Source of the DNA: Caecitellus pseudoparvulus
Lineage: Eukaryota; Protista; Bigyra: Bicosoecida
NCBI GenBank assembly: GCA_965644315.1
Contig: CBFFRQ010000036.1
Span: forward strand, 1 to 64,000
Reading direction: 5' to 3'
Length of the DNA stretch: 64,000 nt
Below, piece by piece: positions 12,301 to 23,264 of this stretch. The notes under the pieces were generated by a model that saw nothing but the letters and a program-made list of their open reading frames with translations, ran no database searches and was not told the DNA's origin. Made by a program: the position numbers and the translations under genes. Position 1 is the first letter of the stretch. The number at the start of each line of letters is the position of its first letter.

Positions 12301-12701
12301 GGAACACTCTGTGGCGTGGGTCAGTGCCGGAAGCAGCTCGCGCGTGGGGGCACCTCACCGCTGCTGCTGCTTCGACAGGGGCAGTGGCGGTGACCCTGCA
12401 CCCAGGCGATGCGTTGTTCATCCCCTCCTGTGTTCCGCATGCGGTGTCCGTGCCGTCCGATTCGCCCGCGTCAGTGGGTGTGAATGTGTTCTGGCACGAC
12501 CCACGCCTGCCCCGCACCGCCACACGCGGCAAGGATGTGTACGGCAACCACGACGCAGACAAAGTGGCAGCAGCGCGGCGCGTCGCAGCAGAGTGTGTGG
12601 CCAAGGCCTGTGCCGAGCTCCCGCCCGACTACGCGGCGTTCTACGCTGGCGTGGTGTCTGAGGATGTGCGTCGGGGCGGTGTGCCGGGCTGCGGAACATG
12701 A
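9366..12701 (+). CDS. TYW3/TYW2/TYW5: tRNA wybutosine-synthesis fusion protein: TYW3 methyltransferase + TYW2/Trm12 aminocarboxypropyltransferase + TYW5-type JmjC hydroxylase
   Basis: ATG 9366, 75-nt intron 9383..9457. TYW3: KSPKGSVD, TTSSCSGR. TYW2: ENGVSYTFDASRVMFSRGNVSEK, VDLYAGIGYF, DRVMLGLIPSS, HVEKVKSYAP. TYW5: LYLRAVG, YFSSVLR, LWTHYDV, LHPGDALFIP..PHAV, GVNVFW, KDVYGNHD. Confidence 0.93.
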
Positions 12702-12715
12702 ATGCATGCATTTCC
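12701..12715. promoter_or_regulatory. Candidate bidirectional 3'-end/polyadenylation element AATGCATGCATT shared by the convergent TYW and lipin genes
   Basis: Reads AATGCA on both strands. The identical 15-mer AATGCATGCATTTCC also lies downstream of RPS23 (43150-43164). Confidence 0.5.
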
Positions 12716-12801
12716 GCCACGCCACGCCGCACGTCGTCAATCTCGCTTCTAAAGCGCGTGACGCCCCGAACCAACAACACTTCCGTGTGTGCTGTGCGTT
12801 C

Positions 12802-15800
12802 TCACTTGCCGCCCTTGGCTGCTCCTGCCTCGTCGTCCGACGTGTCGATGTCGGGGTAGGGCACCTGCCAGTAGTTGATGTCAGAGTAGGCGGCCTTGGT
12901 GGGCGCATGCAGCTGTGTGCCAGAAACGGCAGCAGCCGGTGTACCGGTAGCACAGGCTGGCGTGCCGGCGTGCCTGACACAGGGCAGGGGCGGGAACAGT
13001 TCGTCCACGATGTCGTTCATGGCCCAGTAAGAGCCGGAGAAGGAGGTGGACCCGGCGACACGGGCGTCGCCGCCCACGCGTATTACGCCACTGGGGTTGA
13101 TGATGAAGATGCGGGAGGGCGGGATGCGCACCGCCTCGTACGACACTGCGTCTGTCTGGCGGTTGCCGAAGCCCGCCACGAACGGCGTGTCGGTGGGCGG
13201 GAACAGCTGCAGCACGTCCGTGAGAGCGGCGATTTTGAACTTTTGCGGCTGGCGCAGCACCACCTCCCGCGTCAGGGCGGTGATGAGGCGGTCAGGGGAC
13301 GTGATGACGGGGCCTGGCGGCAGGGTCACCCGCACGCCATCCCCAGGGCGGCTGCGGCGCCCAGCCACCTCCGCCTCACCTGACTCGCCCCCGCCTCCCT
13401 GACTCCGCCCCACTCCGGGAGCCGTGCCTGGAGACGCCGGCACGGGAGTGGGGGGCTGGGAGCGAGTGGGGGACCCCGCCGCTGCGGCAAAGGCCTTGGT
13501 CAGCTGGTCCCCTACCACGCCATCCCCCAAGTGCAACCCGCCCTGCCCCAGTGCGTCGTCAGCAGCGCGGCCTCGCGGAGCCCGCTCCCGCCCGGACGAG
13601 GCCGCGGCGGCGGCACTGAGGCCCGGGATGGGGCGCCTGTGCTGTGAGATTTGGTTGAAGAGGTAGTTCTTCGTCTGCCACACCTGCCCGATGGCGCGGG
13701 AGGTGAGGTAGAGGACTTCGTAGCCGTTGGCAGAAATGTTGGCGAACAGCTCCGCCACGCCGTCCTGCGTCCAGTCCTTGCCGATCCAGTAGTACACGTG
13801 CCCCAGTGCGTCTGACTTGGTGATGGTGCCGTCCACGTCAGAGATGACGACGCGGGTGTGGGGCGTCCAGCGGTACAGGTCGCATGTGACGGTGGCGTGG
13901 TCCTTGGCCTTGGGCGGTGCGGGGGGCTGCGGCATCTTCACAGAGGCGGGGCGGGAAGCTGCGCCCTCCTCGGCAGCCACTGCTGCCAGTCTGCTGGCGA
14001 TGGCTTCGTACTCCTGCACCTGCCGGGCGTGCTCCTGGAGGGCGGTGCGGTGTGCCTCCACCTCTGCAATTTCCGCACGGTCCCACACCACGAAACGCAG
14101 CGTGTTCTTGCCGGGCCGCAGGTTCATGGCCTTCAACTGCGCGGAGTTGGGGCGCAGACTCATCAGGCGCTTGCGCTGTCCCTTGGCACGTGGCTTCTCG
14201 GCGCCAGCACTGTCCACGCTCGTATATGTGGCGACGGACGCCGCGTCATCGTCAGGTGGCACGTCTGGGACATCTGACGGCACAGCTGCCAGGGCGGCGG
14301 AGGTGAGGGTGCCCACGACAGCGGGGGCAGCCCCCCCCACACCCTCGCTGGGCAGGCTGCCGTCCTGCTGCGTCATGGGGGGCGGCAGGTCCAGCGACGG
14401 CAGGTGCAGGGCGGCGTCATCCGGTGCGCTGGCCGCCGGCTCGCCAGTGGCGCCCAGCTCCCCATCACTCATGCCTGTGGCGGGGGCCTTGGCGCCGTCT
14501 GAGTCTGAGGCGGCGGTGTTGTAGCGCCACCACGACCCCAGTCGCCACGCCATGCCGCGGCGGGAGGGGGGCAGTGGCGGAACCGGTGCGGCGGATGGGC
14601 CCAGGAGGGGGGAGGGGGTGGGCCCACTGGACGGCACGGCAGCCCCCATCGGCTGGGGCGCCTCGTCTGATCGGGAGTACAGCGCGCCGGCCAGGCGCCC
14701 CGCAGCTGTGGTGGAGGTGGTGGCGGGGCCGGGTGGCGGCAGCAGCAGCGCGTCGCCTGCCGGCACGCCAGACAGCGCCCGGGCACGGCGGGGGCGCCCC
14801 GGGCTGGAGGGGGGGGACAGGGGGGGCTCAGGCCCCTCTGCCATACCCGCGCGCACCAGGGCCGCCTGTGCCACCCACGGCAGACACGCCAGCAGGCCGG
14901 CAGGGGCGTCAAGGGGGGGTAGCTGGGCGGACAGCGCGCGGCTGATGAGGCTGCGCACGAGCGTTTTTGGGTGAGTCACCTGCAGACACAGATCGCCCCC
15001 TTCCCGGTCGCGCGGGGGGGCCAGGGCGCTGAGCAGCTGCGTCAGCGCGTTGGCGACGTCGTGCACAGCGGCAGGCTGCAGCGCGGAGCCTTGGGCTGCT
15101 GCGCCAGCGACGGCTTTTGACAACGCCACACACGCCCGCGCCAGGGTGGAGTGGGAGGTGGCCAGGGGGGGCAGCCCGCCGCCCTGCACTCCTTGCACCA
15201 GTCCCTGCACGATGCGGGGCAGGGTGGCCCGCACCAGGGGGCCGCTGCGCAGCAGGCCGCCTGTGGAGTGCCTGCGGAATTTGCGCCTCGGTGACGGAGC
15301 ACTGCCTAACCGCTGGGCGGCGCCAGCAGGCCCCTCCCGCACAGCGGCACCAGTGGCCGTGTCCAGGAGCAGGGATCGGTGTGCACGGGCGACGGGGCGG
15401 TCGGTGGTGGTCTGGGAATGAGGCAGCTTGCCCCACCCCCACACCCACGACATGACGCCGCCCCCGCCTGCTGCCGTGTCGGCTGGCGCCCGTTGCTCAG
15501 GTGCCGCCTCCTCAGAGGTCATGGAGGAAGCCAGGCTGCTGGGCGGGCCTGTGTGGTTGTCTGGGTCAGTGGGCGGGCTGGCGGGGCGGTCTTGGCCCGC
15601 CAGGGACGGCAGCGACGCTGAACGCAGCATGGCGGTGCCAGGTCGACTCGCGCCTGCTCCTGGCAACGGGCGTGTGGGCGTGGGTGGCGCAGAGGTCCTG
15701 GAGGGCAGCTCGCCCATGGAGACGGACTTGGTGGCCTTCACCGCCTCCTTGTCCTCGTCCTGTGTGTAGATGAAGTACGCCTCGCCTGCGTCACCCAGCT

Positions 15801-16296
15801 GCGTTTCGACGGCGTTGCAGCGTGAACCAGACGGCGGGCTCGGGAGTTCGGCAAGTGGCAGCAGCACGCACGCGAATGTCCACATCCTTGATTTCTTCGT
15901 CGTTCACAAACAGCTTCACCACCTTGTCCCGTGAGCGGAAAACCTGGGCTCGTGCGAGAAGGCAGGGTGCCGGTGCGGAAAACGAGCCGCCAGCCCTCGC
16001 CACACGAACCTTAAACTTGCCGAAGCGGACGTGAAACGGCGTGCTGCGCACTTCCCCGCTATCGTACTCCACTGCAATGACGTCCAGGGCCCCAGTCAGC
16101 GTCGCCTGTGCGCCACAGCAGCAGTGGCGTGCAGGGGTGGCGCTCTGACCAGCACGCCGGGAAACACTCCGCAAGCGCGTGCTGCAAGGCCAGCCAGCGA
16201 CCCCTCGCCACGCACCTGGTTCACGGGCGCATCACTTGACCAGAGGTTCCCGATGGCGGACATGCCGCTGGACAGCATCCCCGAAAAGCCCGACAT
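12802..16296 (-). CDS. PAH1: Lipin / phosphatidate phosphatase (N-LIP + LNS2), multi-exon
   Basis: N-LIP: ATLTGALDVIAV...STPFHVRFGKFKV and LGDAGEAYF. LNS2: SLRPNSAQLKAMNLRPGKN, ISDVDGTITKSDALGH, GKDWTQDG, YLTSRAIGQ, AGFGNRQTD. ATG 16296, first intron 16215..16106. Confidence 0.93.
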
Positions 16297-16492
16297 GGCG
16301 GCGCCAGACAATCAGACCAGGTCAACGCAGGTGCAGTGCACTTGCCCCTCTCACTCTCACCAGCACCCTGCCAATGCAGGATGCGGCTCGGCGCAGTTCA
16401 GGCCCTTCTTCAGTGCAAAGTGAGCACCCTGCGCTGTGTTGCTGCGTCGTCTGAGGTGTGTGTATTGTGCCCGATGTAGTTGTGCATGTTGC

Positions 16493-18357
16493 TCACTGGG
16501 TGGCTGGCGTGGCGTGGCCTGAGCCGTCACCCCCCTTGCCCTCCGCCTCATCCTTCCCCTCAGCAGCAGCACCCTCTGCAGCAGCATCGCCCTCTGCAGC
16601 AGCCACGCCGGCTGTGGCATCGCCTTGAGGCGACCTCTCGCCTGCCTCGTCTGTCTCTTCAGGTTCCGCCTCACCCTCGCCACCCCCCTCCTCAACACCC
16701 TCCTCGACCCCCCCCTCGACATCCTCCTCACCCCCCTCGCCACTCTCATCACCTGCACCACTAGGCGCAGGCGAGGGCGGGGCGGAGAGTGGCGCCGAGT
16801 CAGCCTCGGGGTGTGACTCCGCACTGCCCGGCAACGCAGCAGCCGCTGTCCCCTCGACCTCATCCTCCACGCCGTCCACCTGCTCCCCGTGTTCCGGCTC
16901 ATCACTAGGGGTAGGCCGAACACTGGCCTTGCCTGGCAGTGCTTTGGCCTTCGGAGCAGGGCTCCCAACACCAGCCAACTCAACGTCCCCCTCACCAGCG
17001 TCCACATCCAGGGAGGCGCCGTGAAACGCACTGGGGGCAGTGGCGCCTGCCTCGCCCTGTGCCGACACGGCAGCTGACCCGGCAGCTCCGTGAAACGCAG
17101 CTCTGTCTCCTGCTGCGTTTCCGTGCGCTGGCGTCTGCCGTGCTGCAGCCTGGGCACGAGCCAACGCCGCCACCTGCCCATCTGACAGCACCTGGGACTT
17201 GCGCTTGGTGTACGCTGCCGTGGCAGTGGCCAGGGCCGTGCTGCGTTTCACCTCCACCGTCGCAGTGGGGCCCAGCGCCGCCACTGCCGCTTGCACATCT
17301 GCCCACACCAACGCCCGCAGACGCATGCGGTCCGCCTCCAGAGCAGCGTGTTCCCGCGCGATCTTGGATCGGCGAGCCCTGCGTTCCACTGCCGTGCCGT
17401 TCATGTACCGCGCCTCAAAGCCGTCCAGGCCAGCGGCCTGCGCTGCTCGGCGCCTGTCCCAATCCGCCATGAACTCATACGTGGTCAGGCCGTTGCTCAT
17501 GAGGTACACATGAAACCCCAACAACTGCAAGATGAAAGCCAGGCCAATAAGCAGCAGGAACACCTGCACGCACAGCACAGCCAGCAGTGGCACGCTGCCG
17601 ATGCTCGGGCCAGCGGAGCGCGCGTCAAATTCCGCACGGTCGGCAAAAAACGCAGCGATGCTGGCGCCCCCGCCGCCGACCTGCGTCAGCACCAGCCCCG
17701 CCGCAGAGCACAGCGCAGCCAGGAACGCAGAGTAGTTGGGCCTGCCGATGGCGTTGTTCAGCCACAGGCAGTGGTGGTCGTAGTCGTCCACACACTTGCG
17801 CGTTTCGCGGCAGAACTTGGAGGTGGCGTACACCCACCGACTCTCCCGCATGGAGTACACAGGGCTGGAGGCGTTGATGGGGTACGGAGGCGATCGGTAC
17901 TCCGCGTGTGTCGCATCCTCGCCCTGCGTGTGCCGCGGACAGAGGGGGGGTGTGACCTTGCGCCGCGCAGCAACGCCAGAGCCAGGCGCCTGCCTCACGC
18001 ACAGGGATGTAGATGAGCATGGGGTCACGCGCGTCAATGGCGGTGGCAAAGTACCCAAACACCAGCACGGAAATGTCGAAGATGCCAAAGACCTGTGGCG
18101 CGTGCAAGCGCAGGGGCGTGCTGGAGGCGCCGCCTTGGGATGCGGAATTTGCCACGCACCACAATGAGGACAATGCGCGGCACGCCCTCCCAGTACGGCA
18201 CCTGCAGCCAGAAAAATGTGGCGTTGAAGTACACCCACAACACCCATGTCCCGATTTGCATCACGTTTGGACCCTTGCTCCAGCTGAAGCCGTTGCGCAC
18301 GCGAATGTCCTCGGCTGGATCCCGCGGCAAGCCCAATTCCCGCATGCCGTCCGTCAT
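16493..18357 (-). CDS. DHHC-family protein S-palmitoyltransferase, multi-exon
   Basis: KFCRETRKCVDDYDHHCLWLNNAIGRPNY, FHVYL...GLTTYEF, N-terminal RVRNGFS and TM segments. ATG 18357, intron 18159..18093. Acidic low-complexity tail. Confidence 0.9.
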
Positions 18358-18958
18358 GGCCTTGCTCTGTGGTGAGGGGGCAGGGCGGGTGTGAAAGCCA
18401 GAAATCAGGGGTTTAAGTAGTGTGCTCGCCTCCCTCGCACCTCTGTGACCCACATGGCGCCCTAAGTGTCGGAAGCGGCAAGAAGAGGGCTGGCTCCAGC
18501 CGCAACTACGCCGAAGGTCAGTGGCGCAAGCCTGCGCTGCCCTTACGGTCAGGGTTAGGGAAGATTGTGGGTGTGTATATTGAGGCCCTTGTATGCACCT
18601 ATCAGCGCCTGGCTTCGTCTTGCGTGTGCACGGCTGCATGTGGTGTGAATTGTGGCGTTGTTTGGCCCGTTGCTGCTTCCAACGTGCGTGGACATGGCAC
18701 AGAACTCCCAACACAGCGCGACACTTTCGAAGTCCCATTCAGTACGCAACGTGGCACTGTTCTGTTGATGTGCTTGGCTGCGTCCTACTTGCCAGCCACT
18801 CGCTGCCCTGCTGTGCAAGCAGCGCTGCGTTGCTCCATTTCCGCAGCTACATACGTTGACCCTGTGCGCCGGTCTACAGGCGCATCCCGGGGTTGCCAGA
18901 GGCGCTCAACGTTGCAATCTCAACTTACATTAGTCCACTTGTAGCTGCTTTGCCTGCC

Positions 18959-21900
18959 ATGTCAGGCTATCGTCCAGAATCAAAGGCAGCCTACGCAACG
19001 GCAGCCCGGCAGCGGCGCAAACACCGCAGGGAACGCCGCAAACGGCAGGGTGCCGCTCCCATCCCCACTCCCCAGTCCGATTCGCCAACTTCGGCATGCT
19101 CATCTCCGGACACAGCTCTCGGAGTCGCTTCCCCGGCTCAACCACGCAGGAAGCCACGCCCTCGCCGCGCTCACACTCAGGCTGTGCCTTCCACTGGCCT
19201 TGAAACCCCAGCAAGTCGCAGAGCAACGCAGGCCCGCGACACAACGCATACCCGACGGAGACGAGGGAGTATTTCAGATGGACAGCAGCTTCCTGCCCGG
19301 CACGGGGAGAAACCGAGTGACTCCGCCATGCCCAAGGCCCCAGCCTCCGCCCAGCCGCAACGCAGCCGACGCAGCCGCACGCCACACACACCGCCCCGGC
19401 AGCTGCGAACCATGCCCCGTCGTCTCAGCCACGTGACTGTCCGCCGCAGGCGCCGCAGGGCTGCCCGCTCCCCAGCCGTTTCACCCGAAACCGACCTGTC
19501 GCCACTGCGCCTGCAAGGCCTCAGCGGCAGTGACAGCGCGCTCGAAAGCCTCGAACACGGAAGTGACAACGCCCCATCACTCAGCAGCGGCAGCGACACA
19601 CCCCTCTCCCTGGAGCCGTTGCAGGCAAGCCGCAAAGCCACTCGCCGCTCCTCCGCTGCTGCCTCCCTGGCACACACCGAGGCGGGGGAGGCGGGCACTC
19701 GGTACAAAGAATACCTCGCCCGCCAAGAGGGGGGCAGGGGTGGGGTTGCCCCCCCCCCTGCACCGCCCATGCCGGCGGTGTCCCCAGACACACCCAGCCC
19801 CAGGCAGCGCGACTCGCCTGCGAGTAGCCCGGTCACGGGTGAAGTGACAGAGGATGACTTGCCAGCCTTGGACAGTGACGATGTGGACTTGACCCACGTT
19901 GCACGGGAATTGAGTCTGGCACCCGGCGGTGGCACTGGGCGGTACCGGCCCAGCCACGCCTCAAACGAAGACCACTACGACCACGCCATCATCGTGCGAG
20001 CCGTGTTCAACGCACAGCAAGAAGCCCGCCTGGCAGCCGCACGGGCACAGGCAGACGCTATCATGGCCGCCAGTGCTGCGTTTCAACGACGCGTGCAGGG
20101 GCACCGCACCGGGCAGTCACAGCACGTGTACCCCGAACTGGTCAAGCCGCGACCTCTGCCGGGGGGGGAAGACACGGGCGGACAGGCCTGGACGCCCTAC
20201 CGTGGTGTTCTGCGAGGTGACGTGGAGCTGGAGACTGTGGCGTCTGACGTGGTGGGGGCGGTGGCACCGGTGCTGCCAGAGTCGGCGCCCGGCGAAGCAC
20301 CCAGCACGCAAGACCCAGTGGACTCTGCCTCGGACAGCGACACGACCAGTGGGTCCGACCACGCGGGAGCAGGGGGGCGTCAGCACAGGGAGGAAGTGCC
20401 AGGGGGGCGCCTGCACGCCCCAGCAGACCGCACCATTCGAACGGCCGAGCACGCGCACCGACCCCATCGCTGTGCGGAAATCCTGGCTTCCCTGCGTGCA
20501 GCAGGCCTGGAGGCCAAGCGCGTGCGCAGTTTGAACCGCCAAAAGTGGCTCGTGAAGGTGCGAGCACCCGAAGAACGACTGGAGCTGGAGGCTGAACGCG
20601 TGCACCTGCGCATGAGGCGGCGAGATGGCGGCTGGTCGCGTTTCAAACGCGCCACGCGCTGGGCGTTTCGCCCCGTCGTGCACTTCAGCGACGCCGCCGA
20701 GGGCGTGCTGGAGGAGAGAGGCCACACGAGCCTCTTCCACTCCTCGGACAGGCAAATGCTCATTGACCACATCCTGCGCAGCAGCACGCGGGAGGGCGGC
20801 GCTGACCTGGGGGAAAACTCACCCCTCGGCGCCTATGTCATCGCCATGTTCCCGCTGCACATGTACCAGCGACTGTACGAGCTGCGCAATGACTGGCTCT
20901 TCACCTGGCGCCCCGTGCGTGGGGATGGGCGGTACGACAGGGTGGGCGTGCCTCGCGCCTCGCCACGCTCCGGCGCCACCCTGCCAAACTTGGACACGAC
21001 GTTGGTGCCACACCGCAACCGCAGCTGCACGGGCGCCGCCTGCTCTGCCCTTGGCGTGTGCCTGCATAAGGCGTGTTTTGTGGACGAAGCAGGGGACCAG
21101 GGCACCCCCAGTGCAAGCGTGTCTCGTCGAGCGAGCGCCGCGGTCCAGAACTCAGGCACTACCTCGACACCAGTTCAACAGCCACGAGAGGAGCCCAGGA
21201 AACGGCACAGAGGCGACCCATGCAACAGTTTTTGCTGCTGCTGCGTCACGGAAACGGCAGGCCCCTGCCGGCCAACTGCAGATGCGCTGCCCCTGCAGTG
21301 TTGCCGGCGCAATCGATGTTGCCGCCTCGCTTGCTGCGTTCTGGGCGGCGTGGCCAAGGCGGGTCGCTCCTCCCGACGGTACTGCACCTCCACCCTGGAC
21401 ATGCCCCTGGACCGCATCGCATCCTACTTTGGCGAGGACATCGCCTTCTACTTTGGCTTCATGCAGTTCTACACCAGCTGGCTCGTGGCGCCCAGCGTGC
21501 TGGGGGCGCTCCTTTTCGCCATGCAGGTGTGGCAGGGCACAATCGACGTGTTCTTCGTCCCCGTGTACTCCCTCGGCATGGCACTGTGGTCCATTATCAT
21601 GCTGGAGCTGTGGGCCGCCAAGAACGTCGAGCTAGCCCACAGGTGGGGCGTCCTGCACTTTGAGCAGGAGGAGGTGACGCGGCCGCAGTTCCGCGGAACA
21701 TGGGTGCAGGACGCCGTCACGGGGGAGGTGTACCGCCACTACCCGTCCTGGAAACGGGCGTGTGTCTACGCTGTGACGGTGCCCATGACAGGCCTGTGGA
21801 TGGCAGGGGCCATCGCCACCATGCTCTTCGTCTTCACAACCCGGGATGCCCTCCTGCCTGACCTGCAGGGCAGCGACACCCTGCCCCTGCCCCAGGATGG

Positions 21901-22927
21901 CCTCAATGCCACAAAGCCAGACGGTGGCACCGGCCTGGGCTTGCCCTTTGACATGGGGTCCATGGACACCCTGCGCCCGCTGCCCGGACACGGGTCGTGG
22001 TGGCTGGCCATGGTGGCGCCGCCCCTCCTGTACGGACTGCTCATCCCCGCCCTGGACTGCCTGTTCTCGCGTCTGGCAGCCCGCATGGCCGAGTGGGAGA
22101 ACCACCGCACCGCCACGGCATACCGCCACCACCTCATTGCAAAGGTGTTCCTCTTCCGCTTCACCAACTCCTTCCTGTCGCTGTACTACTACGCCTTTTC
22201 CCCCTCCCACTCACTCCTGCAGCTGGCCGTGCAGCAGGCCGCCTTCCTCGTCGCAGGGCAGCTGTGGACGACGCTGTGGGAGGCAGTGTACCCCACCTGC
22301 AGCCGCCGGTGCGGGGACTGCCGCTTCCAGCACGCCCTGCAGCAGGCGGAACAGTCCGGCGTGACGGAAGGCAAGCGGGGGCGCCGCCTCCTGCGCCACG
22401 CCAAGTCCGTAGCCTGGGCCGAGGCGCGCCTCCCCGAGTACGACAGCTTCGAGGCGTGGGCAAACGTCTTGTTAACGTTTGGCTTCGTCACGTTCTTCTC
22501 CTGGGCGTTCCCCCTGGCGCCCGCCCTGGCCCTCGCGCGCTCCCTCGCCTCCCTCCGCACCAACGCGGTGAACCTCACCTACAACACCCGCCGCCCCATC
22601 GCACGCAAGGCCAGCGGCATCGGCGTCTGGCTCACCCTCCTGCACCTCATGTCCATGCTTGCATTGCTCACAAACTGCGCCCACATGGCCCTCGCCAGCT
22701 CCGTCTGGGAGTCCTACTTCCCCGCACTGTCTGCCCCACACCGCATGCTCGTCGTGTTCCTCCTCGAACACGCCGTGCTCGCCCTGCGAGGCGTCATCGC
22801 ATACACGCGGTCCACAACACCCCGTGCTGTGCGCCGCCGTGTCGCACGAGACAACTACTTCCTCGCACAACTCAACAAAGCTGCCCACACGTCAGGCAGC
22901 GGAGCCGGCCCCTGGTCAACGCAATGA
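18959..22927 (+). CDS. Anoctamin/TMEM16-family membrane protein with long disordered N-terminus
   Basis: FPLH, PLDRIASYFGEDIAFYFGF, EEVTRPQFRG, WENHRT, KVFLFRFTNSFLSLYYYAF, FGFVTFFSWAFPLAP, RRPIARKASGIGVW, LLEH. Confidence 0.92.
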   Translation: MSGYRPESKAAYATAARQRRKHRRERRKRQGAAPIPTPQSDSPTSACSSPDTALGVASPAQPRRKPRPRRAHTQAVPSTGLETPASRRATQARDTTHTRRRRGSISDGQQLPARHGEKPSDSAMPKAPASAQPQRSRRSRTPHTPPRQLRTMPRRLSHVTVRRRRRRAARSPAVSPETDLSPLRLQGLSGSDSALESLEHGSDNAPSLSSGSDTPLSLEPLQASRKATRRSSAAASLAHTEAGEAGTRYKEYLARQEGGRGGVAPPPAPPMPAVSPDTPSPRQRDSPASSPVTGEVTEDDLPALDSDDVDLTHVARELSLAPGGGTGRYRPSHASNEDHYDHAIIVRAVFNAQQEARLAAARAQADAIMAASAAFQRRVQGHRTGQSQHVYPELVKPRPLPGGEDTGGQAWTPYRGVLRGDVELETVASDVVGAVAPVLPESAPGEAPSTQDPVDSASDSDTTSGSDHAGAGGRQHREEVPGGRLHAPADRTIRTAEHAHRPHRCAEILASLRAAGLEAKRVRSLNRQKWLVKVRAPEERLELEAERVHLRMRRRDGGWSRFKRATRWAFRPVVHFSDAAEGVLEERGHTSLFHSSDRQMLIDHILRSSTREGGADLGENSPLGAYVIAMFPLHMYQRLYELRNDWLFTWRPVRGDGRYDRVGVPRASPRSGATLPNLDTTLVPHRNRSCTGAACSALGVCLHKACFVDEAGDQGTPSASVSRRASAAVQNSGTTSTPVQQPREEPRKRHRGDPCNSFCCCCVTETAGPCRPTADALPLQCCRRNRCCRLACCVLGGVAKAGRSSRRYCTSTLDMPLDRIASYFGEDIAFYFGFMQFYTSWLVAPSVLGALLFAMQVWQGTIDVFFVPVYSLGMALWSIIMLELWAAKNVELAHRWGVLHFEQEEVTRPQFRGTWVQDAVTGEVYRHYPSWKRACVYAVTVPMTGLWMAGAIATMLFVFTTRDALLPDLQGSDTLPLPQDGLNATKPDGGTGLGLPFDMGSMDTLRPLPGHGSWWLAMVAPPLLYGLLIPALDCLFSRLAARMAEWENHRTATAYRHHLIAKVFLFRFTNSFLSLYYYAFSPSHSLLQLAVQQAAFLVAGQLWTTLWEAVYPTCSRRCGDCRFQHALQQAEQSGVTEGKRGRRLLRHAKSVAWAEARLPEYDSFEAWANVLLTFGFVTFFSWAFPLAPALALARSLASLRTNAVNLTYNTRRPIARKASGIGVWLTLLHLMSMLALLTNCAHMALASSVWESYFPALSAPHRMLVVFLLEHAVLALRGVIAYTRSTTPRAVRRRVARDNYFLAQLNKAAHTSGSGAGPWSTQ

Positions 22928-23264
22928 AGAGGCAGGAGGAACTGAAGCTGGGCAAGGCCTGGAGAAGCAACGGGGCTTGCCCTCAGTAGATACTGCTGAG
23001 TGGTAGTGGGTCCAATCACAAGCAAATGCTGTTTCGGAGCAGCGGGGCTCGCCCCAGCAGCACGAACTGTAAGTGCCACACTCCCACAACCAAATACAAA
23101 CTGAGCGTATTGTATGATCACAGGCTAGGTGTAGGTGATGGTCGAGAGCCATGTCCTCCTCATGCATGTCTGATGGATTGGAATCAAAGCGGGAGCACAG
23201 GTCACCATTCAAGTGAGTGGAATCGGTTTGCTGTTCATGGTAATTCTTCTGCCTGCATGGGCAA

